Source: the human T2T-CHM13v2.0 reference genome, Homo sapiens. From it: DNA of 64,000 nt. Positions within the stretch are counted from its first letter, which is position 1. Each line of letters begins with the position of its first letter. Below the pieces are notes generated by a model. The model saw only the letters and a program-made list of their open reading frames with translations. It searched no databases and was not told the origin of the DNA. The DNA lies in the NCBI RefSeq assembly GCF_009914755.1, contig NC_060940.1; one strand, given 5' to 3'. This document shows, in pieces, positions 1-14,851 of this stretch. The translations under genes and the position numbers were made by a program.

Positions 1-1129
1 CATTTCTCATGAGTAACTGACAACCGGATAGTTCCGTTGATCTGGTTGAGGCTCCGATGATCTGGGCTGGGTACATTAATATATCTGTGGTCAGTTAGCA
101 GAACTGCTTGGGGCAGTTGTTTAAGGATGGATGATCTTTATTGGGACACATTAGCTTTCCCTCATGTATTTCTTACCTCCTCCTATAGGCAAACCTGGGC
201 ATGGTCTCACAGCTGTGGCACCAGGTCCAAGAGAGAAACAGATTGCTCAGGTACTTTATCGAATCTCTGATCCAGTTGGCCAAGGCACGCCACAAGAATC
301 AGTGTGAGGACACTACCAAAAAATCAGGAAGGCATGGAAAAGTAGGATCTTTAATGTAATCAATATAGACACAATCCCCCATTCTGTAGACTGTCCCGTT
401 ACCATATTCAGTTACCTTGTCTAACTTCGAACTGAAGTCCAGCTGGCTGAGCTTGCCCTCCCTTTCCAGGAGGAATGAGATCTTAACTCCCGTGACCCTC
501 ACCCTGGGCAGAGAACTAGCATGAAGAGGGTCACTAGACCATAGGCACCTCAGGGGAATGGCCAAAATTGCACTCTGGATATGTGGCACATTATAGGGAC
601 TTAAACAGTATGTGATTCAGTGGAAAATGACAGATTCTGCATTCCCAAGATGCAGCCTAGCTAAACTCCATTTTACCATTTCTCAAAATCTCCCACCAGA
701 AAGGCCCTGGCGCCTCACTCAGTATGGATATTTTTCCCCAATTACACTTGAGTTCATTTGCCTGCCTTGGTTGGCACTGGCATGCAGCCCTGGGTGAACT
801 GAAAAAAAACAGTTATTAACCAATGAACATCTGAGCAAGAGATGTGGCCCAAGAGAAGAAGCCCTTTGGTTCCTTTCCTTGAGGTAAAAGAGTTTTCAGG
901 CTTCTTGGTCCACAAATTCAATGTTCTCCTTTCACCGAGGGAGTATCAACCCTGGGAGGGTTGATAAGTGTTTTGTTCACTTGCTGGATGTCTATTTATC
1001 CCTCAAAATTTTGCCTAGCTTTTCCCTTCTCTATTAAATCTTACTCTAAACAATTATAGTTAGCTAAACCCCTTGTATATAACCCACTGCACCTATAAAA
1101 TTCTATTATTCTTTCATTTTTTTTTTCAC

Positions 1130-1722
1130 TACATGTGTACTGAAGGCTTCCTGTGCACCAGGCACTGTTGAGGGGCTGTATGAAGAGCAGTGAACAAAAG
1201 CAAAGTCCCTGCTGTCACGGAGCTTACACATGGAAGAAAGAACTTAATAATAAATAAAGAATCAAACAAATAAATACTATATGAGCTGCAAAGAAGAAAA
1301 ATAAGATTAGGTGAGGACAATGATGGGGTATGTGTTTGTGTGGTGTGTATGTTCATATATGGGGTATTTGTGGGGTATGTGTGCACATGCGTGTGTATAT
1401 GTATGTGAGTGTGTGTGTGTTTGTGCATGTATGGTTGGGGATTCTATATTAGACAGTTGGTCAGGGAAGCCCTTTCCATAAGTTGCATTTAAGCAGAGAC
1501 CTGGATTACATGAGGAAGTGTGAGTATTTTGGGAGAGCTTCCTAGCTACAGCAGATAGAGCAGGACTGACATGTTTGAGGCATGGTGAGAAAACCAGTTG
1601 GAGTTTGACTGGATAAGGGAGCGAGTCCAGGGCATGCAATTTGAGAGGTAGAAGGTCTCTGATTATGTTGGGTCTTATAGGCCAAGAAAACAACTTAATT
1701 TTGTCCTAAGTGAGATAGGAAA
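1130..1722 (-). mobile_element. L2 fragment with an embedded TG-rich simple repeat; resumes after the MLT1 at about 2170-2750
   Basis: L2 3' end-like motifs (ccaggcactg...gtccctgc...ggagcttaca). Confidence 0.6.
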
Positions 1723-2168
1723 TGTGATAGATGAAATAATGGTCCCCATTTAGGTCCCCATATCCTAATCCCCAAAACCTGTGAATATGTTATACGGCAA
1801 AAGGGACTTTGAAGATGTGATTGAGTTAAGGATCTTGAAACGTCCTTAGGCATAGGGTGATCCCTATGTCGTGGGAAATTTCCTTATAAGGGAGAGGTGG
1901 GAGAGTCAGAGTGAGGGAGAAGATAGGACAACAGAAGCGGAGGTTGGAGTGATATGGGGCCATGAGCCAAAGAATGCAGGCAGCCTCCAGAAGGTGGGAA
2001 AGGAAAGGAACTGATCCCCCAACTGGAGCTCCCAGGAAGGAGCCAGACCTCCTGATACCTTGGTTTTAGCTCAGAAGATGCATGTCAAACTTCTGACCTC
2101 CAGAGCTGTAAAATAATCAGCTTTTGTTGATTTAAGCCACTAAGTCTGTGACTTTTTTTTTTTTACAA
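1723..2168 (+). mobile_element. MaLR LTR, MLT1D-like
   Basis: atcctaatcccc..acctgtgaatatgtta..ggcaaaagggactttg..gatgtgatt at the 5' end; ttaagccactaagt near the 3' end. Confidence 0.8.
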
Positions 2169-3723
2169 GAGGAAGTCACTGGAAAGTTTTGAAGATAATT
2201 ATGATAGAGACCGACTCACATTAAAAAAACACACACATAACTGGGTGACTATGGGGAGAATAAGAAGAGGAAGACCAAGTAGAAGAGTTTGTAAAAGCCC
2301 ATTGAAGAGTTAATGGTGCTTGGCTGGCGTGGTGATGGTGGAGAAAAGTGAATGAACTCTACGTGTGTTTTGAAAATAGACTCCATAGGACTCAGTATGT
2401 AAGACATTAGTTATCAGGGCTCAGAGGGGCATGGATGACTCCAGACTCTTGACTTAATCGCCTTAAAGGATAAAAATGTCATTTACTGAAAGTAGGGAAG
2501 TTTGGAAGAAAATCATATTTGGAGATGTGGTGTTTGTATGTGGGTGGAGAGAGTGGATTAAGAATTCCATTTGGATATAGTATGTTTGAAATGTCTATAA
2601 GTGATCAAAATGGAGATGTCAAGTATCCTGTTGTTTTTTGTGAATTTGGAGCTCAGGGGTGTGTTCTGGCTGGAGGTCGAACTATAAGCGAGCCATGGAA
2701 ATTGATGAAATCACCTAGGAAAGGTATGTGGATTGGGGAGAGCACAGGCTGGAGAGGGGAAGTGGCAGCATTCCACGTAGATCTTCCCAACATTAACAAT
2801 ACTCCTTGTTTGGAACCCAGGCTAGAGAAGAGTTCTAGAATATTGGTGTGAAGAATAAACAACTAAGGAGATTTCAGAGTTACCCACTTCCCTCTGCAAT
2901 GTAGAATATGACTGGACCCAAGGTGATATTCCCTAGCACATATTCATAATAGAAATATATGATGTTTTGTAAAATAGATCATAAATAAAACCACATATTT
3001 GAGCAAGGCAGCAATCATATTAACCCGTGTACTGTGATAACCTTTGTCTAAATATACCCATGAAACTGCTTTAATATGGTTCATCAGATAAATAATGATT
3101 GCAAGAAAAGGGTTAATACTTGGGGGAAGCAGAAGGAAGTGTACTATGTGGAGGGCAAGATGGCTTCCCAGATTGATTCATGTGCTCTTGTTGACTGTTT
3201 CCATGTCATAAATCTCCAATGAAGAGCCTTGCTGTTTCCAAATTGAGGGCGGGGAAACCCCAAACAAGAATACAATGGCTCACCAGGGAAGGCATTAACC
3301 AACCTAAATGCTGCTTTCCTTCCCTGAAGAAATCTCCTCCATCTGTGCTAGAGTCGTTATCTCTGCCTTCCTTGGAAAGGAGAAAATTTGCACTCTCAAA
3401 AACAGGATTTGTGTGGCCAACCTGACTTTGGAGATATAAAATAAAATGATAAACTTTCCAAATGAAGAACAGAATTAGCTCTGAGTTCTGACTTTGCTTG
3501 TCCGGCAAATGAAGACAGAGCCATATGCAAAACTGCCTGCTGGAAGGAAAACAAGTTCCTTGGTACCTGACCCACAGAACTGATCTGACAATAGAGAAGA
3601 GCTCATGTTCAAAGACACGGTCCAACCTTAGGGCTTTTAAGAAACTCACGATCATTGCCTTGATTATGTAAGTTGTCTTCTATTACAAAATGACCATGCT
3701 GCTATATTCTCGCCATATGCAGA

Positions 3724-4125
3724 CTGTATCAGTTAGCCTTTTCCACCGTAATGCTGTATAACAAGCCATCCCCAAACTCAGCAGAATATAACAATAAGTA
3801 TTTCTTGCTTATACAGCTGTGAGGTAGCTGGTGTTGGATCAGTGGCTCTGTTCTACACATTTTCATTACTGGGGCCACGGTGAAGGGGCAGCATTTATCT
3901 AGGGCAGAGGGAAGGCCTTCTTATGGTGGAGGTTGGAAGCCCTTACAGGGGTGAGTGGAATTACACAATGTTTCTCAGGACCTAGGATCAGAAGTGGTGT
4001 ACTGTCACTTATATCCAGATTCCAATGGCCCAAGCAAGTTACATGGTCAAGTCTAATATTGCGTGACAGGGAAGTGCACTGCTCCCATAAAGTTTAGGGA
4101 AAGAGAGTGAATATTTATTAAATAA
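3724..4125 (-). mobile_element. Old MaLR LTR (MLT1 family)
   Basis: tgtatcagttagc...gctgtataacaa..ccccaaactcag is an antisense MLT1 3' end. Confidence 0.6.
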
Positions 4126-4699
4126 TAAGCTAATCTGTATGGGGAGTAACATTAAATTTCTGTTTTTTAGATGTGCAAATTGAAACACATTGAGATCAAT
4201 GCCATGTCTGTATAATAGTTCACAGTTGAAACTCAGAGAAAACATACTATATTAACAATGAAATTGTTATTCACAAGGCTATCTGTTGCATGTCCATGTA
4301 CTTGGTCATCAAATATAGCTATTCTCATGAAAGAGCCAGAATGACTCTCCTATCATTCAGTGAATGCCTGGATGTCAGTGACCACATAGTGACCTGTTGA
4401 AAGTTGATTAAAATGACCATCAGATAATTGGATGATAGCTTGTGACTGGATTACATGACACAGTTTTGAATCTTTTCTCTTTCCAAAAATCAGTGAACTG
4501 TTCATTAAAACCCAAGCCTTGTTCTTGGGAGACCATACCATGACCATCTTCTGGCTTCAAGCTGTGACAATGTGGCAAACATAATCTGTTGTTCAAGGAT
4601 TGACTCACATTTTCCCAGCTACCAAGATGACTGAGAGTCCAGTGTCAGTATAATCTCAGTGAGTCTGGTTTGGTCAGCTTGCCCAAAATAATGTGGACT

Positions 4700-5055
4700 T
4701 GCAATGGTTTGAATGTCCCCTCCAAAATTCACGTTGAAACTTAGTTACCATTGTAACAGTATTAAGAGGTTGGGATTTTAAGAGGTGATTAGCTCTTGAG
4801 GGTTCTGCCCTCACCAGTGGATTAATGCTCTTACCTTGGAGTGGCTTAGTTATCACAGGAGTGATACAAGTTCCTCCCGTATCTTGTCTTGCATACTTGC
4901 GTCGGCCCTTCTGCCATGATATGACCCTCACCAGATGCCACTGCAATGCTCTTGAACTTCCCAGCACCCAGAACCATGAGCCAAATAAACTTCTATTATT
5001 TGCAAATTATGCAGTCTGTGGTCTTCTTTTATAGCAATGGAAAACCAACTAAGAC
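4700..5055 (+). mobile_element. MaLR LTR, MST family
   Basis: tggtttgaatgtcccctccaaaattcacgttgaaactta at the start; atgagccaaataaacttct...atagcaatggaaaaccaactaagac at the end. Confidence 0.8.
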
Positions 5056-5499
5056 TGGGCATGTGTCACCTCATGGACTCAAATGAAAGAATATGGTCTC
5101 TTGTATCAACTAGTTTCTTAAAGCTTGGTTTTCGGCACTGGGTCCCTCTTTTTCTTTTCATCCTCAAGAAAAACAGAGGTCAGCTTCTCTCACTTCTCTT
5201 TGATGTCATGTCTGTAATTGCTACTCTTTCAGGAGAGGACATGTCCCACATTTGTCCTGCCATGTGCATGGGCTCAGAATCCGAAGGGAGGTCAAAAAAG
5301 GAAAGGATCAACTAGGGGCCACATGACTCTGATAAATTTTAAGATATGGAGGCTCAGTAGTGCCTGCCCACACCGAATCCCTTACTAACCTGGATGACAA
5401 GGCTCCAGCAGTGGGCCTGGCCTCTTGAGAAGTGATACTCTAATTGTACATTTCTGTTCATCAAATGTGTCCATCAAACTCACTTCCTTTTTCTCCAAA

Positions 5500-5830
5500 T
5501 GCTCCCTAAGATATTTCCCAGCCTCCCCTGCAGCTCAGTGAGGTCATGTGACTGAGTTCTGACCAATGGAATGAGGGCTGATGGGATTCGCTCCATTCCC
5601 AGGCCTGGCTGATGCATACCTCCCACACTCTCTCCTCAACACTCTCTCCCTTTCTACCAGCTCATTGTCCTAACGAGCAGGGTGGGGCTGGGGCCATGGG
5701 TTAAAGATGAGCCAAGCTGCCTACCAACCGGGAACACCTGGTTGGTTACACGAGTAAAAAATAACTTATATTTTGTTAAGCCACTGGAATTTGGGGGTTT
5801 GTTTGTTCGAGCAGTTAGTGCTATGCTGAT
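5500..5830 (+). mobile_element. Old MaLR LTR fragment (MLT1 family)
   Basis: catgtgactgagttctgaccaatggaatg and gttaagccactggaatttgggggtttgtttgtt. Confidence 0.6.
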
Positions 5831-7849
5831 TAAAAGCACTTAATTATTTTTTTAGTCTCATAATAAAACTCTCTCACCTTCCCATGCCTCCAGGGCCTTT
5901 GCTTGGACATGGTGATGATTTGAGGACCCAAATATGTCTTTCTCGTCTTTAAGGCTGACCAGAGTATCCTTATGAGTGAGCCCTATATTCTGTCCATGAT
6001 AAGGCTGATGACAGCTAATAGTTATCAAAGACTTATTATGTCCTGCACGCTTTATGCACGTGGATTATACCTTGTGAACCTCAAAAATCCAGTGATGTTT
6101 ATTTTGTCTGTTTCACTGTTTAGGAAATTTGGGTTCAGAGTAGCCAAGTAATATGGCCAAAATCATACAGCTAGAAAAATAGGGAAGTCAGGAATGAAGC
6201 CCAGGTTACCGGACTCTGGAGTTTGTGTGCTAACGACTGTGCTGGGTTCCTGTTGATGGTTAGTCCTACCTGTGGCAGAACTTTCTCCAGGCAGCCTCTC
6301 ATGGGTATCTCTGGAAACCAGTGCCTACTCTCTTGCCATCCAGAGTGACTGAGCTCTCCATGCACAGCCTATCCCTAGCCCATCCCTGATTCTGACAAAG
6401 TCTGAGCAGAAGGACACTGTCTGGGCTCCAGGCAGCTACACCATTCATCTTCACGCTGCCTCTGTTTGGAGACAGGCTTTCACAAGCCAGCCTTTTCATT
6501 TAAAAACCTCAGCCTGCCCTTTTGCTCACCCACACTGGGAGGCCATGTCCACAGGAGCATTTCTCCCATTCGGCCTAGTGACGGTGAGACTGATTACCCA
6601 TTGCCCTGCTTTCTAGATTGCTGAAGCCAGGAGCAGCAGGAAAAACCACCTTCAAGGCTACTGCATCAAAGCAATGGACTTTGCGGAACAACGATGAATG
6701 GGCCAGAGGGGGGCCTGCGCGTACTCTCACAGCATAATAAGGTGCCTGCTGGCAGACTCCCTCCAAGAGAGTCAGAGACACTCCCTTGCTACAGTCAGGC
6801 CTCCTCTTTTTCCTTCTGGCCAAGGCTGAGCTCTTGTCCCTATCAGTCAACCTTGATGTCAATTTCCAGGAAACAGTCAGAGGCAGCTCAGAGAACCAGT
6901 GAGGCACTGGGAGGTGACTTGGGGTGAGTACGTGGGGATTGGTAGTGGGTGTGGAGCTGAGCTTGGAGCCCTGGGCAGTCCCGAGCAGCCACAGCCTGAG
7001 CCTAGAGCTGACCCTGCGATGTGGGCAGTGTGTGGAACAGCGGTCAGAAGCGCAACCACTTGCTTGGAATGTTTGCTCCCTCACTTCCTAATTGCAAGAC
7101 TATGAATTCATTTCCTAATTTCTACACGACTCAGTTTCCTTATGTGTATAATGGGGCCTTTAGAAATAAAACTACTCCCCAAGGATGTGACAGGCAGAGA
7201 AGGTGCTTTGCAGAACAGCAGCTTTTATGATGCCCTTCCAGGCCTTACCTCCTAAGCAAGCCTTGTTTGGTTCACAATGTTTTTCAAGAAAATGTGAGGG
7301 CTCTGGAGGAAAATAATAGAGAACCCTGTTGATATCCCCTGTGGGGTCATACTTTAAGGCTTCAGAAGGGAGAGGCCAGATTGATCCTTTGAGCTTCTCT
7401 ACCTTATTTCTCTCAGTGAGAGAAGGGCAAGGGAAGGGCAAAAAAGTAAGGTTGCTGTGTTTTTCCCAGTGAAGTGGGCTGTCACCTGGCCCCTTGGACC
7501 TCAATCCTGGTTTGCCTTTGCTTCCTATCTGCAGGTGGCACCTCCTGTCTAAGATGGGAAAGGCAGGAGAGTGGGTTGCTGGAGAAGGAGGTGGCAAAGA
7601 GAGAAGACTGAACACCAAGGCAGTGAGGAGACCCTCAGGACCGCTCGGATGCTGAGAAGGTTGGAGGGCCAGAGCATGCAGGGGAGCCAGCAGACCCCGC
7701 CTCTGCTGTGAGGAGTCTCTCTTTCATTGTGTGGCACTGAGAAAGCCCTGGACCATGTGGTCTAATCCCATGGCGAGTGTGTATTTTTCAAAGTCTAGTA
7801 CGGTGGCAATTCCAGTCTCTCTTCATGTTCTTAAGCAACTGAGGGGGGT

Positions 7850-8730
7850 TGTCTTGATTTGGTTTCCCCAGAAGCCAACCCCGAGACTAGGATTTGAGTG
7901 CAAAGAATTTGTTTGGGAAATAATCCCAGGAAGCTCCAGTAGGGAAGTAGGAGAGTGATGCAGATGTGGTAGGCTAAAAAATGGCACCAAAAGACGTCTC
8001 TGTCCTAATCTCTGCAACATATGAGTGTTACATTTTATTGCAAAATCTTTGCAGATATAATAACATTAGGCTCTTAGGTTGGGGAGATGATCTGGATTAT
8101 CTGGGAGAGCCCTAAATACAATCACATTTACCCTTCTAAGAAGGAGGAAAAGGGAGATGAGACACAGGAGAAAAGAAGGGCATGTGACGGGAGAGGCAGA
8201 GATTGCAGTGGTGTAGAAGCAAATCAAGAAATCCCCACAGCTGCCAGAGCTGGCAGGATTCTCCTCTCCAGCCTCCAGAGGGAGCACAGCCCTGCTGACA
8301 CCCTGATCTCAGACTTCTGGCCACCAGTACTGCAAAGGAATACATTTCTGTTGCTTAAAGCCATCACATTTACGAGGATTTGTTACAGCAGCCACAGGAA
8401 ATTAATACGACAGGGAAGGTAAGGAAGTTATCGAGGGTGTGTTAATAAACCAGCTACTTCTGTGGGCAACTGAGGGGCTCCTGGAGCCCTAAGTACTGCA
8501 CTTCCGGTGGTCTCACCTGCAGGGCAAGAAAACTGGAGTTTGCCTGCACCGTATGTTTCAGTCAATGTTTGATGGCTACTTTTGGGGGCATCAAGTCTCT
8601 GGCTCCTCTGGCCTGCTCTGTGCACCCAAGGAATGAGCTCTCTGTGCCTGAGAATGCCATCAGGCAGAATATCTATTGCAGTTTTCTGCAGTAAGAAGCT
8701 GCCAGCATGCTCTGAATTGGTGTTAAGGGG
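7850..8730. mobile_element. ERVL LTR16/LTR33-like remnant interrupted by an MLT1
   Basis: ccccagaagc..accccgagac..ggatttgagtgcaa motif; a related copy occurs at about 51640. Confidence 0.55.
7965..8410 (+). mobile_element. MaLR LTR, MLT1C/D-like
   Basis: tgtggtaggc..aatggc...gtcctaatctc at the start; tttgttacagcagccacaggaaattaatac at the end. Confidence 0.8.
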
Positions 8731-9241
8731 TAGCTTCTGTTCTGAGGGTCCATGGTCAATTTGACGGTCTTTTCTTCTGGTGTCTGGATCTCTCACATGG
8801 CCTGTGGTCTCACACTCCTCCTAGCCCTGTCTCACCCAGGGCAGCCCTGTTCAATCATCTTTGGCACCTGAAAGCTCTGTCTGAGTTGGGGAAGGAGAAA
8901 GTTGGTGAATCCCTACAGATGATTAATTTTGTTTCTATTACAATTATAGTAAAAAAGCAAAAGGAGAAAGGGATTTCCACAGGATTGTGGAATTGAATTT
9001 CTTTCCCAAATCTGCCCCTCCAGTATATGGAGAGAAACATCATCTAGGTGTTCCAGTGGCCCACCATTTCCCCCTGCCATTGTGTCTCTTCAGCACATTT
9101 CTCTGGATTTCAAGTCTGTTTGGGCAGTGCACTGAGGACCCCAGGAATATTAACTACCTATGTAGGGTATTTTACAGTTTCCCCTCAGTTTTGGGACCAG
9201 TGTTTTAGTTACTTCTGGTGATGAGAGAGTGAGGATGGTAT

Positions 9242-9795
9242 TGTTAGATGCGTTTGAACCATAGCAACTCCATCTTGAATAGGGACTAGGTAAAATAAGG
9301 CTGACACCTGCTGAGCTGCATTCCCAGTAAGTTAAGGGATTCTTAGTCACAGGATGACATAGGAGGTTGGTACAAGATACAGGTTATAGAGACATTGCTG
9401 ATAAGCAGGATGCAGTAAAGAAAGTGGCTAAAACCCACCAAAACCAAGATGGCAACGAGAGTGACCTCTGGTTGTCTTCACTGCTACACTCCCACCAGCG
9501 CCATGACAGTTTACGAATGCCATGGCAACATCAGGAAGTTACCGTATATAGTCTAAAATGGGGAGGCTTGAATAATCCACCCTTTGTTTAGCATACCATC
9601 AAGAAAGAACCATAAAAATGGACAACCAGCAGCCCTCGGGGCTTCTCTGCGTATGGAGTAGCCGTTCTTTTATTCCTTAACTTTCCTAATAAACTTGCTT
9701 TCACTTTACTGTATGGACTCACCTCGAATTCTTTCTTGAATGAGATTCAAGAACCCTCTCTTGGGGGTCTAGATTGGGACCCATTTCTGGTACCA
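9242..9795 (+). mobile_element. MER41A solo LTR (ERV1), 554 bp
   Basis: TG...CA termini, 4-bp TSD GTAT (9238-9241 and 9796-9799), and MER41 hallmark gcgtttgaacca.agcaactccatcttgaatagg. It lacks the tandem GAS segment of MER41B. Confidence 0.9.
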
Positions 9796-9884
9796 GTATT
9801 ATAAAAATATTAATCACTAACCATTACTAAACATTAGTCATTATTAATCAAATCTGTTTTACAGCAGGGAGAACAGAAGTTGAT

Positions 9885-10045
9885 TGCCTTACTACTCAAA
9901 GTATGGTCCGTGGACCAGAAACATCAGCCTCACCTAGGAGCTTGTTAGGAATTCAGAATCTCAGGCCCCACTCTGGACCTGCTAAAGTAAAACCTGCATT
10001 TCACCCTGATTTCCAGGCTGTTCATTACACTTGGGGAAGCACTGA
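9885..10045. mobile_element. MER5A (hAT-Charlie)
   Basis: ctcaaagtatggtccgtggaccag..catcagc.tcacct.ggagcttgttag..at.cagaatctcaggcccca. Confidence 0.8.
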
Positions 10046-11565
10046 CTTACTCATCCTAACTGAAACTCTGTTGAGACCTGGGTCTTCTTTGCAGACATGA
10101 AGAGAGGGAGTGGAATGAGCAGAAGTAGGCACCTTAGCATCAGAGGTCCTCTTCTATGGGTGCCCTGGGGACTGAGGACTCCTCCATCTTCCTACTGCTG
10201 CTTCCTCTGTGTTGTTAGAAGAGTCCTTTATACTGCTGGACCTGGTGAGTACTCTGCGATTGTGTGTTGAGATGTGAGAAGTTACCACTCTGTGTCATGG
10301 GAGCGGGAAGGACAAAACCACTTCACACCTTACTGGGGGATTATGAATTCAGGGCCACATTCAGGTGGTTGCTTCCTCTGGCAACCTCTCCTTAGCCCTC
10401 TTCCCCCTGGACCGGGCCTCTGGGGGTGAGGCGGCCGTGCTTCTGTCTGCCCAGTTCTGAAACCCTTTCTACCCTTTTAGGCCCCTCACCTGGGTTGAGT
10501 CTGTCATATTCTGCTCCCTAAAGCTACCAAGGTTCCAACTTATCCCATGTCTTTCCATAAGCTCTTTTGAATTTTCTCGCTCCTGTAACATCTCGGACAA
10601 GAGGCGCGTTGTTATGCTAAAGCCAGCTTCTCCCATGAGCCTTTCTTACACAAATAAAATAGATGTTTGCCTTTGTTCCTTCCACTTCACTTTTTTACAC
10701 TCCCGGGCACAGGCTTTTAACAGAGTTTATTATAAATGGAAAAGAAAGCCGCTAGGGGCTATAAAGGGTGCCCCTGCATTCTTCCAATTCCAGCTCCTGC
10801 CCTTCCCTGCTGCCTGTGTTTTCAATAATGAGTGTCACAGGGGGATGGGGAGATGAATGAGGACTGATAAGAGCAAACCATTATCTCCCTCAGCTCTTGG
10901 GAGCAGGCGAGGGGTGCCACCACCTGAGCTTCTGCACCAAGACAGGCAAAGCACTTTCTCTGTGGTCCTCCTGTCTCCTCCGCCTCCCCATGAAGGAGTT
11001 TCTTTGGGGGGAAGAGCAGCAGACTCCAGTCCCAGGACCTGGGTTCCTTGTTTGGCCTTTGCCACCAACATACTGTGAGGCAGTGATCATGTGACTGAAG
11101 CTTTCTGGGCCTCAGTTTCCTTCTGGGTAGAGAAGCTTGTTCTTCCTGCTTCACAAGGTTGCATGAGTCCATGTGTTAAGATATTCTTCCTTGGATAAAG
11201 AAAGAAATACATAGTTCCCACTGTCTTCCTGAAAGTGCCTGCCATTGGTTGTGATTTTGTCCTGTGGGGCTCCAGAGGACAAGGCTAAGCTGCCTTACAC
11301 CAATGATGGTGAGATAATAGATGTGCAAGCACTTGGTAAACTGTAAAGTGCTGTGCCTGTGTGCAGCATTGTCGTTGCTGTGACCCATGAGTCTGATGGT
11401 CCACCGTGGGGTACTGAGAAAAAAAAGAGGGTGAAACTAGGAAGCTTCCATAGGCCAGGGGAGAGGCTATGGGGAAGGGAATTTCAAGTGGGATAAAAGC
11501 TGGGTAAGAAGGGAAGGGAGGATGCAATGATTAAAAAGAAAGGGTCAGTGCATTGGACATGATAA

Positions 11566-11893
<328 letters not shown>

Positions 11894-12393
11894 CCTTCAT
11901 ATGTTTTAAGTTTGGATTTCACCCCTTCTTCCTTACCTCTGAACTTAGGGTTGTCCAAGTCCCTCTTGATATGATAAAAGATTTAAGCTCAAGGTTCCAG
12001 TCGCCTTAACTATTTCAGTCATCACTAAGATGATCACCTTCTTTGAAAAACACACTTTGTACCTGTTGATATCGTCTCGAGTTGCACTGGCCATTTCTTT
12101 TTGCCAGCTGTGTTTTATATTGGGCTGGCGGAGCTTACAGTCAACTCATGCATCTTTTCTCTTATGAGCTGGTACCAATTTGGCTCTCACTATTTTTCCA
12201 TTTTGTATTTAAGATAAGGGAAGAAATTTTCTGTAATTAATATTTTTTAATAATGTAAAATGTCAGTGGCTTAAACAGGCATGATGAGGCTCCAGCCAGG
12301 TGGACAATCCCATATGGGTTTCCAGGAACTTAAGCGGGGATTGGTGAAGTGGTGACCGGAAGCAGAGAGGGGAGGGAAGGGTCAGAGGGCTAG

Positions 12394-12904
12394 TGTGGGA
12401 GGACCAGCCTCCCTAACGGCCCCCAGTGAACCTGGCCCCCTACTGTTCATGCCCTTGTGTAGTCTGCTCATGAAGTAACTCAGAGAGACTATCAAGTATG
12501 GCCATGATTACAGCTTGTTAATCTCTCAGGCTTTCATAAAAGGCATGGCAGCTTCTACCTTGGCCTCTTGGGTCTCTTAGTTTGAGGGCATCCGGTGACC
12601 ATGACCTGGGGAACCTCAAGCAGCTTTCTGGAGAGGCCCAGGTGAAGGAGAACTGGGGTCTCCTGTAGACAGCCAGTACCAATTTGCCAGCCATGTGGGC
12701 AGCTACTCTGAAAGATCCTCCTAAGACAAACATTCAAGTGGCTGCCATCCTGGCCAAGTCCTTGCCGCTGATAGACACCCCCCAGTCAGGAATGCCCAGC
12801 TAAGCCACTCCTGAATTCCTGACCTATTGAAACTCTAAATGATAGTAAACGTTTATTGTTGTTTTAAGCTACCAAGTTTTGGGGTAGCGATAGATAACTA
12901 ACAT
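12394..12904 (+). mobile_element. MaLR LTR, MLT1F/G-like
   Basis: cccagctaagccactcctgaattcctgacc..ttgttgttttaagctac.aagttttggggta..atagataactaa. Confidence 0.7.
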
Positions 12905-13897
12905 AGTGGGTACAAGCTCTGTGCCGGGGAAAGCTGAGGGTCAAGTTAGAGAAGTCAGTTTTTGCTTTTGCTCCATGGAGTAAAAGTTTTTGCAGGAAAA
13001 AAAGCCTTTTTATTTTATTTTTCTAAGAAAACGTTGTAGTTTATGAGAACTGCTTCTCAGGAAGGAGGGAAGTGTTGACCACTCAGGGGTCTGGAGCTAC
13101 TGCACCCCTTAACATATCAAGTCACAGGCTTAAGAATCCATGAATACAACAGAAAGTCCCAGTGAACATGGCCTGTGGTTGTCAGGGGATGAAGGGGTCT
13201 TGTGACATTCGGAAGAGAAAGATGAAGTATTGTGATGTGCAGTGGGGGAGAGGAAGGTGGTCCTTGCCATAAATTAGCAAACTTCATTCAGGCTTTTAGA
13301 AAAGCATACAGAAAACATATCTTTGAAAGAAGTTGCTATATTTGTTCAGTAAAACGTATAGGATCTCCAAATGCGTTGTAGTGTTTGTCCAAGGAAGTAA
13401 AGCACTGAAGATCTATAAAGCAGTCATGGTGTGGTTTCAGCAGAGTAAAATACTCTGACTCTCTCATTAATTGAGATTTTTGAGTTTTGGGATACGTGAG
13501 ATGAAGTTCAACTGACCGTGGATTATCATCAGCAGGAGGCCAGAAATGAAAGCCAGACCATAAGGATCAGGAGCAGGGCAGAGCCGGAGTGGCCAGGGCC
13601 AGGGCTCAGAGCCAAGTGAGGATGCTTGACAGTTGCTGCAAACATGGCTGCTCAGATATTTTTAGAGGGACTGTTAAGAGTCTATGACTGGGATAAGCAA
13701 CTCCCTGCTCCAGTCTGGGATTCTCTGGTCCTATTCTCAGAAACTTGGGCAGTAACAGGGCTCTGGTAGTGCTTGCCTACTCCTGGGATATATAAAAAAT
13801 CTATTGACTGAGTCAAGTTGAGGCCACAGATATCAGGATGCAAGGGATTCTGGTTCTCGCAGTGAGGGCTCCACACCTTCTGTACATAGGCAATCTA

Positions 13898-14425
<528 letters not shown>

Positions 14426-14719
14426 TTAAGTCAGCTTACCTTTCCAGTAACCTAGGTCTCTTAATAGTGTTTTCCTTTTTCTGATTGAAAATAAAATGCA
14501 ACCAATTGAAAAAATAAATAACGTTAGAGAATTGTGAAAAGGCAATAATGTCTTCATCCAGGCACTCAAAAATATGGGTCATTTTTATGATTCTCATGGG
14601 CACATGAAATACATACATGAAGGGTATGGCCTAAACAAGACTGATTTGGTTGCAAGAACCAAAATCTGATTTGAAACAAACCAGCAAGCAAAAGCAAAAC
14701 AAATAACCCCCCCCAAAAA

Positions 14720-14851
14720 ACAAAAGAAGGAAGAAAGAAAAGGGTGAAAGAAAGAAAGAAAGAAAAGAAAAAAAAGAAAAGAAAAGAAAAGGAAAAGAAA
14801 AGAAAAGAAAAAAGAAAAAAAGAAAAGGAAAGAAAGAAAGAAAAGAAAGAA
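14720..14851 (+). repeat. (GAAA/GAAAA)n polypurine tract
   Basis: About 130 bp composed almost entirely of A and G. Confidence 0.95.

Noticed and set aside
9540-9600. MER41 as an IFNG/STAT1-inducible enhancer
   Set aside because: The tandem GAS-containing segment is missing (A-type element).
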